A DNA stretch of 38,713 bases from a virus, in UHGV virus genome UHGV-0213026; one strand, written 5' to 3'. Made by a program: the position numbers and the translations under genes. The notes under the pieces are model-generated. The model saw only the letters and a list, made by a program, of their open reading frames with translations. It was not told the origin of the DNA and made no database searches. This document shows positions 7,239 to 18,400 of the stretch, one piece after another (the first letter of the stretch is position 1; every line of letters begins with the position of its first letter).

Positions 7239-7736
7239 CTACTCCTTCTTTTCTGTGAATTCTTGGCCGTCACCGTAATCTGGATCATCTTTACTATCCA
7301 AAGATTGAGTTTCGGATTGTCCGTCACCATAATCGATTTTAATTTCCGTTACTTTAGGTTTTGGATTTTCGGTACTATCTTGTAACTTAGACAGTCTTTC
7401 TTTGACCCAATTTGGAATTGGCACACCTAATTGACCTAAGTTTTCCGTGATTGAAATTCCATAAACCGCGATATAGAAAAAGACGAATGCAGTAGCAAAC
7501 GTCTCAAGGTTCATAATCTTTAAATACGGATAGGCAATAATTACCAAGCAGACCACCAGCATGTGTTTTACAATACCAAGCAATCCTTTCGTGCTATTAG
7601 CTTCCTTAACGAAAATGCCCTTGCACAATCCTGTAACAATATCACCTACTACTACCCATAAGAACAACTGGACATACCCGTTTGTCAGCAACCCTCGAAA
7701 TTCATTCAGTAACATTCCGTTATCAATAATCACCAT
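7239..7736 (-). CDS. Holin (phage holin, 3 predicted TM segments, acidic C-terminal tail), 165 aa
   Basis: Immediately upstream of the endolysin. Hydrophobic segments LFLWVVVGDIVTGL, LVVCLVIIAYPYL, FATAFVFFYIAVYGI. RBS AAGGTGG before ATG at 7736; the track start at 7745 is a GTG extension. Confidence 0.75.
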   Translation of the reverse strand: MVIIDNGMLLNEFRGLLTNGYVQLFLWVVVGDIVTGLCKGIFVKEANSTKGLLGIVKHMLVVCLVIIAYPYLKIMNLETFATAFVFFYIAVYGISITENLGQLGVPIPNWVKERLSKLQDSTENPKPKVTEIKIDYGDGQSETQSLDSKDDPDYGDGQEFTEKKE

Positions 7737-7828
7737 ATATACCACCTTTTCTATAATTTAAGCATAATTCTTTCATTCTAATTTCCCCCAACTTAACATA
7801 TGCCACCTACTTTCCTTCAAATAAAAAG

Positions 7829-7852
7829 CAACCGACTATTAAGCCGATTGCT
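7829..7852 (-). terminator. Rho-independent terminator between tail/small genes and the lysis cassette (GCAATCGGCT-taat-AGTCGGTTGC + TTTTTATTT on minus strand)
   Basis: 10-bp stem with two G-U wobbles, then a T-run on the minus strand. Confidence 0.45.
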
Positions 7853-7868
7853 CCTGCTGTTACATATC

Positions 7869-8012
7869 CTATTCTTTGGTTCCTTCTGGCTTTTTTGCAT
7901 CATCAACAATTTTTGCAACATCTTCACGCAACATTTCAGGAACGCTCTCGATCGTACGTTTCCCTTCAATCACATGAGTTGCGTATAACATCTTCACGGC
8001 TGAAAATTCCAT
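7869..8012 (-). CDS. Small 47-aa hypothetical protein (MEFSAVKMLYATHVIEGKRTIESVPEMLREDVAKIVDDAKKPEGTKE), not in the ORF track
   Basis: RBS GGAGGG lies 7 nt before ATG. Sits between the 92-aa gene and the terminator. Small conserved phage genes of XkdX-like size are typical here. Confidence 0.45.
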   Translation of the reverse strand: MEFSAVKMLYATHVIEGKRTIESVPEMLREDVAKIVDDAKKPEGTKE

Positions 8013-8026
8013 GGGTCATCCCTCCT

Positions 8027-8305
8027 TTACTTTGAGAATACATAATCGGATAGTTCCATAAATGCAGCTTGAATCATTTCTGATTCTTCTTGCAGTTGTT
8101 TGTTCTCTTGTTTTAACAGTTCTAGTTCAGTGAGTTCTTTCGGTCTGTTTTCATCTACTATCGACTGGATAAATAAACTCATTTCTTCCGGATCGTCATT
8201 CATCTCGTTCAAAAGGATCGATTCAAACAAACGGTTTAATTCGTCATCAAACCCGGAACCATTCAAGACTTTTTCAATATATTGTTTTTTGAATTCTTCT
8301 CGCAT
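8027..8305 (-). CDS. Hypothetical coiled-coil phage protein, 92 aa
   Basis: Acidic, heptad-like KQENKQLQEESEMIQ. Sits between the tail fibre and the lysis genes. Confidence 0.5.
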   Translation of the reverse strand: MREEFKKQYIEKVLNGSGFDDELNRLFESILLNEMNDDPEEMSLFIQSIVDENRPKELTELELLKQENKQLQEESEMIQAAFMELSDYVFSK

Positions 8306-8319
8306 AATCGTTTCTCCTT

Positions 8320-11300
8320 TTAAAATATATCAGCTCCTGCATATCCCATGTGGATTGTGAGCCATTCGCCCCCAGATAAATTGACGTAGTCAGACTTTCC
8401 ATATCTTGAAATTTCAATGTAACCATCCACTGTAACTCTTACTAGGAGAGTGTTCATTCCTGTGCCTTGAGCTCTAATTTGGTACGTTCTTCGAGGTCTT
8501 GCCCAGATCGGCAACTGTGTGCTCACTCTAACAAAATCTGTCATGATCGTTACAGCTCCGTTAGGCTTGAATGCACCAGTGATCATTACTTGGCTTCCTG
8601 TTCTAGAAGCAATTGGTGCATTTCCACCGGTAGTTGAATATTGGCTAAACCCTGATGCAGCGGTGAGCAACGTATCATTAACCGTCACTAGATCGTTGTA
8701 TGTTAAGAACGAGCTTGTTAGATCACCCAACCCTCGAGAATCGGCTAATCGAATACCAGAAGTAGTATACGAAGCACGTTGGTTGTAATTTGCTGGATCG
8801 TTGGCGAAAACAATAACTCCATCTGAGTTATGGACAACCCCACCCTCTTTAATTTTTACACCTGTGGTTTTGTTGTAATCTTCCCACATTGTAGTGATTT
8901 CAGATTTTTCGATGATGGTCTGCCCTCTACGCCATAGTTGATCATTCGATCCTGAAACGTATTCACCATTCCAATAATCGAAAGGATTGGTAATTACTCC
9001 ACCTTCCAATTCTGTACCAATCAATTTATCAAATCTACCATCCTTAACAACCAAATTATCAGCTGCTATATTTTCAGGAGCAATCCCCCAATCGATCCAC
9101 TTTGCTCCGTCCCATTGTTTCACGTTTGGATCACTCGGCGTTTGCCATAGCGTTCCTTTAGATGGATTTGATGGAGCTGTATCACTTACAACAATTGCCT
9201 CTCTCCCAATCAAGGTTGGAACAGCTACCCAATCACTGTAAGTGTTATTAGAGAACTTGTTCCTTGTCCTCGTCCAAAGCCATTGTCCCGGAACCGGTGT
9301 TGGTCTTGTAGTACTCCACCCTGCAGTTGGTTCTGTCATGCTTGATGTCTGTACAAATTGCACTTCTGTTCCTGTGATACTAATACCGGGATCGCCTTGA
9401 AACGAGATAGCATAAGCAAATTGCTTCGTAAATGTTTTGCCGTCCACTGTAATGGTAATAGGAACCGTGCCACTTTTCGTAATTAACGTTGTCGCAGCTG
9501 TGAAGGTTACCACTGAACCACTAACGCTCGATGATAGCCCTGTAGGCTTTGTTCCAACTACAACGCTAGTCGGTGTGATTTTGTTGATCCCTTTGTAAAC
9601 AACGACTTCCGTTGTTGTTGATCCTGCCAATGCGGCACTTGTTGATCCTGCAAAGGTATAGGATTCATTCGTTAGAAATACAGTGTAAGCGTCGGAACCT
9701 GGCGCTCCGTCTCCGCCGTCTTTGATTCTAGAAATAGTATAAACATCACTCACCGTTGCATCAGCCGCCCGAATAGTGAGTTGGTTAAATGTTGCTGTGG
9801 TGGGATTGATCGTCACTGTATTTCCAGATCGTGTAACACCAGTCGGAACCGCTGAACCAAAACTGCCACCATTTAGGCTATAGGTCCAGTTTGAGATTGT
9901 AGTATTCACTGCAGTTCCGGTCACAGTAAAACTAGAAGATGGAGTGATTTTCCCATCTTTATCAACTGTGATGGCTTGTGTTGCCCCTGATAAAGAAATC
10001 AGTGGTGCTGGATCACCTTTATCCCCCTCCGGACCTTTTGGTCCCATGAATGGTGTCCATGGTTTGTAATCATCTGGATTATCAGACCCAACTTGATTCG
10101 TATCTGAATAGAATCCTTCGTATTTTGGATAGGCTTCGCTATAATTCTCATTCGGTGAAGGTATGTCCAAAGTAGAGCCACTACCCAATTCAACCTTAAC
10201 GTTCTTAATGCTTGGTATTCGCCCACTGTCATATACCCCGTAAAATGCCAAGAGCGCTTGGGTCATAGTTGTTCCTGTTTGTAGTTGCGGAGTAACCGTC
10301 ACACTATAGCGTTTATATTCAGTAGTTGCTTGGACTGGAGTTGTTCCAATGTTGTACTTAGTCCCAGATCCATTTTGAGAATAAACTTGTATCGGGCCTG
10401 AAACAGCAGATTTCAAATCAAACGATATTGTATATTTAATCCCGATACCATATTTTTCAAATATCGGAGCTAAATCCCATCTGGAATCATTTACAAACTC
10501 CCTAGAAGCTGTTTTTTCAAATCTCGAAATTGAAAGTAAATTCTCATTCGGATAAACCTTGGTAAATGTACCGTCTGACATCATCCATGCTGGATGAGGG
10601 AAATAGGTTTCCCCTTCTTTCCCGTCTTTTACCTTTACAATACTTAACGTATCGCTTAGATTGTCCAACGTTGCGGTAATGGCGATCAGTGTCCAATCTT
10701 TGTTGGTCCACTGTGCACTAGTTAAAGTTCTTGTGTTACCAGTTCCGCCTAGAGTGACTGCGGTTTGAGCAGTGTTACCAATATAGGGAATAGCCGTAAA
10801 TGTTGCAGTTCCTGTGACGTTTTGAAGCTTTGCCGATATATTTATCGTCTGTGTCGTCTTAGGCGTGTCATCGGCATTAAAAGCCATGTTTTCAGCTGAA
10901 GCAGTTAGATAAAGCAGTTTGGCATCCGCTCCGTTCGCTCCCATCTTTCCTACAGAATACGCTTCAGTCTTTGATTCATCTGTATAAATCAGTGTTGTTT
11001 TAGTCCAAAGATACTGATTAGCTGATACGGTGGGAATCGTTTCTTGCCACCCACTTGTAGGTGACGTGTTTCCGCTTGTTCCTACCGCATAGCTGATCGA
11101 TTTATCTTTGATGCCTAATCCAGATTCTCCTTCAGCCCCCATCAGAGTTGGAGTTTGTGTTTCGGATGTTGTGTTATCGGTATACGTTGTGACAACCCTT
11201 GTCCAAAGATACTGACCAGCTGGTACGTTCGGTCTATCTGTTAACCATGTAGTTGGTGGGATAGTTCCACTCGTTGATTGTGCATACGTTGCAACTGGAG

Positions 11301-11373
11301 TGCCAAGTATCCCTCGGCCATCGTCCCCATTCGCTACTTTTACTAAACTTATTTCATCCTGTACTACGGGCAT
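8320..11373 (-). CDS. Tail fibre / receptor-binding structural protein with collagen-like Gly-X-Y segment
   Basis: 1017 aa, Thr/Ser/Gly-rich with repeated beta-rich segments. GPKGPEGDKGDP collagen-like stretch around nt 10020-10050. Lies downstream of Tal. Confidence 0.75.
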   Translation of the reverse strand: MPVVQDEISLVKVANGDDGRGILGTPVATYAQSTSGTIPPTTWLTDRPNVPAGQYLWTRVVTTYTDNTTSETQTPTLMGAEGESGLGIKDKSISYAVGTSGNTSPTSGWQETIPTVSANQYLWTKTTLIYTDESKTEAYSVGKMGANGADAKLLYLTASAENMAFNADDTPKTTQTINISAKLQNVTGTATFTAIPYIGNTAQTAVTLGGTGNTRTLTSAQWTNKDWTLIAITATLDNLSDTLSIVKVKDGKEGETYFPHPAWMMSDGTFTKVYPNENLLSISRFEKTASREFVNDSRWDLAPIFEKYGIGIKYTISFDLKSAVSGPIQVYSQNGSGTKYNIGTTPVQATTEYKRYSVTVTPQLQTGTTMTQALLAFYGVYDSGRIPSIKNVKVELGSGSTLDIPSPNENYSEAYPKYEGFYSDTNQVGSDNPDDYKPWTPFMGPKGPEGDKGDPAPLISLSGATQAITVDKDGKITPSSSFTVTGTAVNTTISNWTYSLNGGSFGSAVPTGVTRSGNTVTINPTTATFNQLTIRAADATVSDVYTISRIKDGGDGAPGSDAYTVFLTNESYTFAGSTSAALAGSTTTEVVVYKGINKITPTSVVVGTKPTGLSSSVSGSVVTFTAATTLITKSGTVPITITVDGKTFTKQFAYAISFQGDPGISITGTEVQFVQTSSMTEPTAGWSTTRPTPVPGQWLWTRTRNKFSNNTYSDWVAVPTLIGREAIVVSDTAPSNPSKGTLWQTPSDPNVKQWDGAKWIDWGIAPENIAADNLVVKDGRFDKLIGTELEGGVITNPFDYWNGEYVSGSNDQLWRRGQTIIEKSEITTMWEDYNKTTGVKIKEGGVVHNSDGVIVFANDPANYNQRASYTTSGIRLADSRGLGDLTSSFLTYNDLVTVNDTLLTAASGFSQYSTTGGNAPIASRTGSQVMITGAFKPNGAVTIMTDFVRVSTQLPIWARPRRTYQIRAQGTGMNTLLVRVTVDGYIEISRYGKSDYVNLSGGEWLTIHMGYAGADIF

Positions 11374-11384
11374 TCTCCCACCTC

Positions 11385-13976
11385 CTAATAATCAAATTCA
11401 CGATCAGTGCCTTTGCCAAAACGAATCAAATCAACGTGTCGGGTTTTCGTGTTCAAAACAACCACATCCCATAGATCTTCTTCCAAAACCCCAAGCGGTC
11501 TGTCCCCCTGGTCTTTCTTCGGACGGCTCACAGAACAGCCAATAGAGTAGTTCACTGTTCCGTTAGTATCTTTACTGATTCGGTCATTGTGCATGTGTCC
11601 ATGCGCTAAAAAAGCAAGCGTTCCTTTATGACCCTCAAAGTCACAAGAAATACTTGCTGCGAAGTCTGTATTTGCATTATATGTTCGACTGTACGTACCA
11701 CCAGTGACAAAGCTATCAATGATTCCATCAATCATTTCGTAGTTATATGCGTAATAATCCATATCTGTTTTATAACGTTTGCCAAACGGATAGTGTTGAT
11801 ATATGGATATAGTCGTATCAGTTGGGGTGTTTTTCAACACATCACACAGCCATTTTATTTGGGCTTGACGATAGCCAGATACATTGATATCAATATATTT
11901 TGCAAAGCCATCGTCATCTAAACTAATAGGTACATCCTGTGCATTTAGTATAATCACTCTATTTTTCTTATCAGGCACATCGTAGTAATAATACCCCTTC
12001 TTATCGAGAGGGTTTTCTACTATATCGAAGATCGTGCTTGGTCTTGTAGCAATTTGGTACATCTCTTCATGTGTGATCACTTGGCGAAGTTTGCCGTGCA
12101 GTGAGGTCATTGCAGTTTTAGGCTGGTAATTCTTCACGGTTTTCGTGATCGAATTCGTAACATTGTCTCCCCATGAATTGTTGCAATGGTTTCCCCAAGT
12201 CACAAAGTATGGTGCGTTTGACATCCCCAACGTGCTGACTGCTTCTCGATAATTAGACAGTGCGATATTTTTATTAGCTGTTGATCCATCATGTGTATCG
12301 CCGTTTAGAACGACATAATCGACATCTACAAAATTGGTAAATTCAGCAACGTTTTTAATATGGCTATTACTACGTCCATAGTTTTCAAGATCGCCACGCC
12401 CTATGGAATCAGTCGCATAATGTGTATCTGATATATGGACGCTAGTGATCGTGTCTTTGGTTTGCAAACGCAAAACCTTGCGGGCTACGTCACGCAAACC
12501 GTTTAAAAAGTAAATAGCTTGAACAAAGTGGTTATCAAATATTGTCAAAGCACAACGGATACTGGATACTTCGGTAAAATCGTTACTCGTTACTTGCACC
12601 GTTAGTCCAGACTGATTGTACAAGTCTTCCCACGCTCTATCATGGTTGCCATCCTTATCAACTTTAAACCACAAAATATCATCAGCTGAAACGCTAGATG
12701 TGATATCTACGCCATCTTTATAGATCGTTGCAGTGATATTCGTTGTTTTTTCTTCCCCGTCAACAAAGCTAACCCCATTATCCGGAATCAACTTGATTAA
12801 ATACATACTGTTTGGTTTGTTCATTTGCTGCTGCCTTGCCGTGAGATCGCTGCTGATAAGGCTTTTTAGTAATTCGTAATTTCCGATTGTCGCTTTCCTG
12901 TCTCTCTTATTACTACCGTTTTGAGAAACTTCCAACACTCTGGCTTTCATCCGGAGAGGCGGATTAGATTCTTCATCAACGAAAGTTACATAGTCACCTA
13001 TTTCAAATTCATCATCTCTAAAAAGAAAATCTACTTCTGCTGAAAAATTCGGTTGACTTCTTTCTTCGAGGATAGATCGCAATTCATTATAATTATCAAT
13101 TTGTGCAGTACCTGTACTTGCGGCATATCCTCTCTTAAAGCCACTAAATCTCTCTTCAGAAGTATTTCCCAAACCATAAATAGCATTCGATTCTCTATCA
13201 TAAATAATCGATTCACCTTTTCGAGTAAAGAACCGTCCGTCTCCAAATCCAAGATCATCAAATCCGTGATTGGTATCTTGTATTGAGGTGATCAAATTAT
13301 CAATATCCGTCGATCTCTGCCAACTAACAATATCTTTAGATGAATAAAACACCAACCCGGTATTAGCCGATCCTATTTTAAAATAAATATTGACCTTCTT
13401 TCTCACAACTTGTAAGTTCTGTAGTTCAATATCAAATGACATTTCACAATTAAAAGCCTGACATATTTTTTGTAGTCTAGCCAAAGGAGTCTCATCAGTG
13501 CTCGTATCAACTAAGCGCTTAATGTCTGTTCCTAGTTCATTTACTCCAATCTCCCAGCCAGTATCGTATAGTTCGCGGTTTACATAGTAATCAACGTACT
13601 GTTCACTATTACTCGTGAATATTGTGGCTGAACCGTTTTGCAGCTCTAACCCTAAGTCTACCGCTGAAATAGCACGGCTCTTACCGTCAATATCTACATT
13701 TTTTCTGATATACAGACAGACGTCTTTACCTCTTGAATCCCGAAAGATGACGAAATTGGCTAAATCTATGTTTGAGGACTTATAATGGGCGTTGGGATCG
13801 AAGGTATTTGTTCTGGGACCGGTTTGAGTGTAAATATCCATAGATAATGAGTTAAGCCTTGTCCCATTTTTTAAACCCACAGTATGAATGTCATCCTTGA
13901 TAACAATTCCTTTGTCGGCTTTAGTATCAATTTTTGCAACAAGCTGAAATTGTCTTGTTAGGAAATAATAAATCAC
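11385..13976 (-). CDS. Tail-associated protein (Tal, Prophage_tail-like N-terminus) with C-terminal calcineurin-like metallophosphoesterase domain
   Basis: Position after Dit. C-terminal third carries all core metallophosphatase motifs in order: HISDTHY (D-x-H), LNGDTHDG (GDxxD), WGNHCN (GNH-E/C), AHGHMHN (GHxH), at about nt 11600-12300. Confidence 0.75.
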   Translation of the reverse strand: MIYYFLTRQFQLVAKIDTKADKGIVIKDDIHTVGLKNGTRLNSLSMDIYTQTGPRTNTFDPNAHYKSSNIDLANFVIFRDSRGKDVCLYIRKNVDIDGKSRAISAVDLGLELQNGSATIFTSNSEQYVDYYVNRELYDTGWEIGVNELGTDIKRLVDTSTDETPLARLQKICQAFNCEMSFDIELQNLQVVRKKVNIYFKIGSANTGLVFYSSKDIVSWQRSTDIDNLITSIQDTNHGFDDLGFGDGRFFTRKGESIIYDRESNAIYGLGNTSEERFSGFKRGYAASTGTAQIDNYNELRSILEERSQPNFSAEVDFLFRDDEFEIGDYVTFVDEESNPPLRMKARVLEVSQNGSNKRDRKATIGNYELLKSLISSDLTARQQQMNKPNSMYLIKLIPDNGVSFVDGEEKTTNITATIYKDGVDITSSVSADDILWFKVDKDGNHDRAWEDLYNQSGLTVQVTSNDFTEVSSIRCALTIFDNHFVQAIYFLNGLRDVARKVLRLQTKDTITSVHISDTHYATDSIGRGDLENYGRSNSHIKNVAEFTNFVDVDYVVLNGDTHDGSTANKNIALSNYREAVSTLGMSNAPYFVTWGNHCNNSWGDNVTNSITKTVKNYQPKTAMTSLHGKLRQVITHEEMYQIATRPSTIFDIVENPLDKKGYYYYDVPDKKNRVIILNAQDVPISLDDDGFAKYIDINVSGYRQAQIKWLCDVLKNTPTDTTISIYQHYPFGKRYKTDMDYYAYNYEMIDGIIDSFVTGGTYSRTYNANTDFAASISCDFEGHKGTLAFLAHGHMHNDRISKDTNGTVNYSIGCSVSRPKKDQGDRPLGVLEEDLWDVVVLNTKTRHVDLIRFGKGTDREFDY

Positions 13977-15466
13977 ACATATCGCTCCCTTATGGTCAAT
14001 TCACCAGTAAAACTTCCGTCAGAAATAGCTACGAATTCTGAAAGGCCTTTTTCAGCCCAAAAAGCATCATCGCTTCCTGCAACTCTGTACTCTTCTGCTG
14101 GAATGCCATTTAGAAAAACATCATTAGTTTCCCCGTCTACAAATAGCTGGTCTCCTTCATAAAATACACGAGGAACAATATCGTTTCCTTCAGAAATTAA
14201 TTCAGTTATTCTTGTATGAGTTAACTTCATACTCATAGTTCTAAAATCTCGCCACTGAGAAGCAAAAACGTTGATTTGCTTAACAGATAGCATTGCAACA
14301 GCATTGTTTGTCCATTCTCTGGTTTTGGATGACCAAACTTCTTTCCATACATTATTAATCAATTCTACTCGCACTAGCTTAAAACTAAATTTATTATTGA
14401 ATTTTCTCATTTGTATATAGCCAAAGAAACCACCATTGTAAGTTAGTACGTTTTTGGGCAATGATTCTTCGTGAAATCTGTAATCACCTACAAAAAAGGA
14501 AAAAGTGACTTTGTCAGCAACATTTGTGTTGTCTTTCATCTCAAATCCCAAGACAAAATTATTGTCTGCATCCGAATAGTTTATTTCAAAAAGTCCTTGG
14601 CAGGAAGGGCGCTGTTTAGCATTCCCCATAGGCTTAAACTCAATTCGATGATAGACCTCTATATCCTGTAAGGCTATAGTCAATTCTCTAGTTAATGTTG
14701 GGCCATGCCAATACCCTTTCTTTGACGTATCAAATGATCCGAAACTTGTCGCAGTAACATCTGTGCTACTCCACGTCCAAGACCCTTCAACTTTAGAAGA
14801 ATTCTCTCCATCTTGATAGCGCCATCGAGGTCTTCCCACGTTTGTACTCCATAGATTTTTAGTTGCAGTTCCCATGTCGTCGTTCATTATTTTATTTGAC
14901 AACTCAACATCTTCATCCTCACTAGGAAGCGAAGTTCCAAACTGAACGATCGATTCGTTACCGACAATGCCGATTGACTGAGCATCGCTTTCAAAAAGAA
15001 TACTTATGTCGATCGGCGTTTTTTCAGTTCCATTGTTTTCAATATTGGCCACAATACCTTCGCTAGTTAATTGGAAAGGAAAATGTCGTTGATCAAATGA
15101 ATGTGCCACACCATCCGGAATAAGGAATTTGATGGATCCCTTTCCTAGAAAGACAATTTCATCAACTGGAATATCACCATCTGGGATGGCTAGATAATAC
15201 TTATCTGGTTCATCTTCAAACCACAAAGGCACCGGCTCACTCACGTTCAAAATGTCAGCCAGTGCTCTTTTTTTAGTGATCAAGTCATATCTAAGTACAA
15301 AGGGCATCGTGATATAGCCCTCATCTGTTAACGATTCGACTAACCTTCTTTGCCCTCTGCCCATGGTAACTAATTCATTGTTTCTGCTTCGACCGATATT
15401 TCGTTGCAGTTTGGAGGTGATTCTCAAATAATCATCTAAATCGTGTCCATTAAAATTAGCGTTCAT
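13973..15466 (-). CDS. Distal tail protein (Dit), long form with insertion domains, 497 aa
   Basis: Immediately follows the tape measure protein and precedes Tal, with overlapping starts and stops. Confidence 0.6.
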   Translation of the reverse strand: MNANFNGHDLDDYLRITSKLQRNIGRSRNNELVTMGRGQRRLVESLTDEGYITMPFVLRYDLITKKRALADILNVSEPVPLWFEDEPDKYYLAIPDGDIPVDEIVFLGKGSIKFLIPDGVAHSFDQRHFPFQLTSEGIVANIENNGTEKTPIDISILFESDAQSIGIVGNESIVQFGTSLPSEDEDVELSNKIMNDDMGTATKNLWSTNVGRPRWRYQDGENSSKVEGSWTWSSTDVTATSFGSFDTSKKGYWHGPTLTRELTIALQDIEVYHRIEFKPMGNAKQRPSCQGLFEINYSDADNNFVLGFEMKDNTNVADKVTFSFFVGDYRFHEESLPKNVLTYNGGFFGYIQMRKFNNKFSFKLVRVELINNVWKEVWSSKTREWTNNAVAMLSVKQINVFASQWRDFRTMSMKLTHTRITELISEGNDIVPRVFYEGDQLFVDGETNDVFLNGIPAEEYRVAGSDDAFWAEKGLSEFVAISDGSFTGELTIRERYV

Positions 15467-18400
15467 TCAATCGACCTCCTTTGAATAGTGTTTCTAATTC
15501 TTCCATTTCGTTTAGTTCATTTTGTAAGGGTTTTGCGATTGCTTTGACAATTTCTCTTTCTCCGATTTTAAACGTAGCTTGAACAGGTCTGTTGGAAATT
15601 TTAGAAATAATTTCGGCTAAACCTGAATTGCTTGAATTTTGACTATTATTGTTAACAATTTGATTGCTTCTGTTTAATCCGGCGTCTCTAAAGAGAGAGG
15701 AAGCTGATTCTGGCTTTAAAGTACCGCTCATCAAAGCGTTCATCGCTGGAATTTCATTAGGTATTGATTTAACTAAATCGTTAAAATAGTTTGAATCAAA
15801 TTCAGATTCGATTCCTTCTTGCAACTCATTTGCCCAAGTAGAGACATTCGATTTGACTTCTGAGAATCCATTCAACAATCCTTCTCTAAGGCCTGATACC
15901 AAGGCCAACCCATTTTCAATTAAAACTTTTTTATCGTACGGAATCGGTCCTTTTAAACTTGCAATTGTATCTGCCCAACCTGAAACCGTTCTTTTAACAT
16001 TTTCAAATCCCGACATAAGTCCGCTCAACAAACCATCGACTAATGCGATACCGTTATTGATAAGTGCTCCGCCAGGCAAGGCTCCTATCAATGCATTAAG
16101 TAAATTTGCACCCGCATCGCTCATTGCTCCTTGATTCCCTCGGATATTATCAGCTAATCCATTAACTAAAGTTATCCCCGCTTGAAACAACCTATTTTGT
16201 GCGTTGAGAATTCCGGCAACAGTTTGATCTACGAGATTCATACCTGCGTTTATAATACGCCCGATATTATTTGCAATTCCGTTAATAACTGCAACAACTA
16301 TATTTACACCTGCAGTTATTACTCTTCCTAAATTAGCTGATATTCCACCAAGAAATTGAACAACTAAGTTTATTGCTGCCGTTACAATACTCGGCATCAT
16401 AGTAGCTAATCCATTTATGAAATTAACTATTAAGGTAGCACCAGCAATGACGATTTGCGGTAGTTGAGACGAAAGTGCAGTTAAAAAGGCTACTATCATT
16501 TGCCCAACAGCAATTATCAGATCGGGTAATTTTTGGGTTATTCCTTGTATCACTGCGATCAATAATGACATACCCGCAGTTATAATTTCTGGTAAGTGCG
16601 ATGTAAGGGAAGTCAGCCAAGTGACAATTAAAGTTGCTGCAGACTCGATCAGCGCTGGTAGCTGCTGTGTAATTCCTTCTAACAAAGCTAATATCAGCGC
16701 TGCGCCAGCAACAATAATTTGTGGCAACCCCGCTGTTAAAGCTGCTAATAACGCCACAATGATTGCTGTTGCTGATAAAGCGATTTGCGGTACTAGAATA
16801 AGCATAGCTGCGGTGAACGCCATAATTAGTTGACTGGCAGACATTGCTAGTGAAGGTAGACCTTGTGCAATTCCAGATACAATAGCAGCAACTATTTGCA
16901 ATCCTCCCGAGATAATACCAGGTAATGCAGAAGCAATAGCAGCGAGAATCCCCTCAATTGCTTTGCCAGCAGAACTTCCCACTTTTGGTCCATTGCTTTC
17001 TAGACCCGATGCAAGAGAATCAAAAGCATCGATAATTTTATCGATTCCTTTAGAAACATCTCCGCCTCCTAGAGCCTTTGCAATTAGTTCAAACGCTTTG
17101 ATAAACAATCCAATAGGTCCAAGTAGTCCAAGAAAAACTGACTGCAGGATTTTAAGAGCAATTCCAAATGGATCTATTGATTTTTCACCACTTTTGAATC
17201 CGTTAATCAATGAGCGAATTCCTAAAGCGATTTTGGTCATTCCGTTCCATAAGCTTTCTGGAAATACCTCTAAAAAATCTGCCTTTAAATTGGTTACACT
17301 TACCGAGAAATCATCAAGCGCTATTGCTTTGAAAGCTTTTGCCAGAGTTGAAATCCCTTGTACTATTCCTTTAGTACTTTGTGCGAACGATGTCATACCG
17401 TTCCACAGAGATTCAGGGAATAGTTTGACGAACTGATCATGTAAATCAGAAAGACTTACACTGAAGTCGTTGAAAACAATCGCTTTAAAAGCTTGTGCCA
17501 GCAACCTAATGCCTTCGATGACATCTCCAACAGGAGCCATAAAAGATTGTAAGGTCTTGACCGCCCCATTAACCTTCTCTCTAAAGGTATCACTCGTGTT
17601 GTAAAAATAGATAAAAGCAGTTACCAATGCTCCTATTGCTAGAACAACTAGAGAAACCGGACTTGTAAGTGCCATAAATCCAGCTTTTACACCAGACATG
17701 ATTGCCTTCAATTTTTCGAAATTATTTGCTGCAAGATATGCTGCTCCAAATGCTGCAGCTAAGGTAGTTACTGCACCTACAACAACGTATACAAGCGCAG
17801 GATTTTCTCTAAACACTTCTGCTAGTTTTGCCATCGCTCCACTAATTTTTTGAACAATTGCAAGAAATGGATCAAGCAACGGCGCACCAAAAGCTGCCCC
17901 TAAATCCGTGATGGCTTGTTTCATGTTTCCGATAACGTTCTCAAGACCACCGCCTTCACGTGCAGCTTGTCCTAATGCTCCTGATAACTTGTTACCATCC
18001 TCAACCATTTGTAAAAGTGTTAACTGCTTCTGGGCTTCGGATAAGTCGTTAAATGATTTGCCGTAAAGCTTATTTGCAGCTGCATTTCGAGTGGTTTCAG
18101 TGGATGAAATCCCAAGTGCCGCATCATTTTCGTAGTTTCCTTTTAAATACGACTGTAAACTCTCAGAGACTTCGCCAATTGATTTATCATAAAAAGCAGC
18201 GCTGTCGGCTGCAGCTTTAGTTGCTCGACTAGTTAAGTCTAATGCGTCAGCCGTATCCATACCGGTCGTTTTTGCAAATGCAGCCATAGAAGTAAAGGCT
18301 GGTTTCAAACGATTAGGCAGTATATTGGTTTCTTTCGAGATTGAATCAATACTACTTTGCGCATTCTTTTCTAAATTGCCGAACACTTGAGAAAATTGAG

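Noticed and set aside
8320-11373. Diversity-generating retroelement acting on the tail fibre gene
   Set aside because: There is no reverse transcriptase ORF anywhere in the window. I found no template/variable repeat pair near the 3-prime end of the fibre gene.
11274-11921. Plus-strand ORFs 11274-11474, 11300-11545 and 11628-11921
   Set aside because: They are antisense to the tail fibre and Tal genes and span their junction. There are no translation signals.
8519-17436. Multiple plus-strand ORFs of 60-160 aa (for example 8519-8788, 8987-9241, 15853-16134, 16621-16833, 16963-17436)
   Set aside because: All are antisense to long, well-supported tail genes, low-complexity, and lack RBSs. They are spurious frames.
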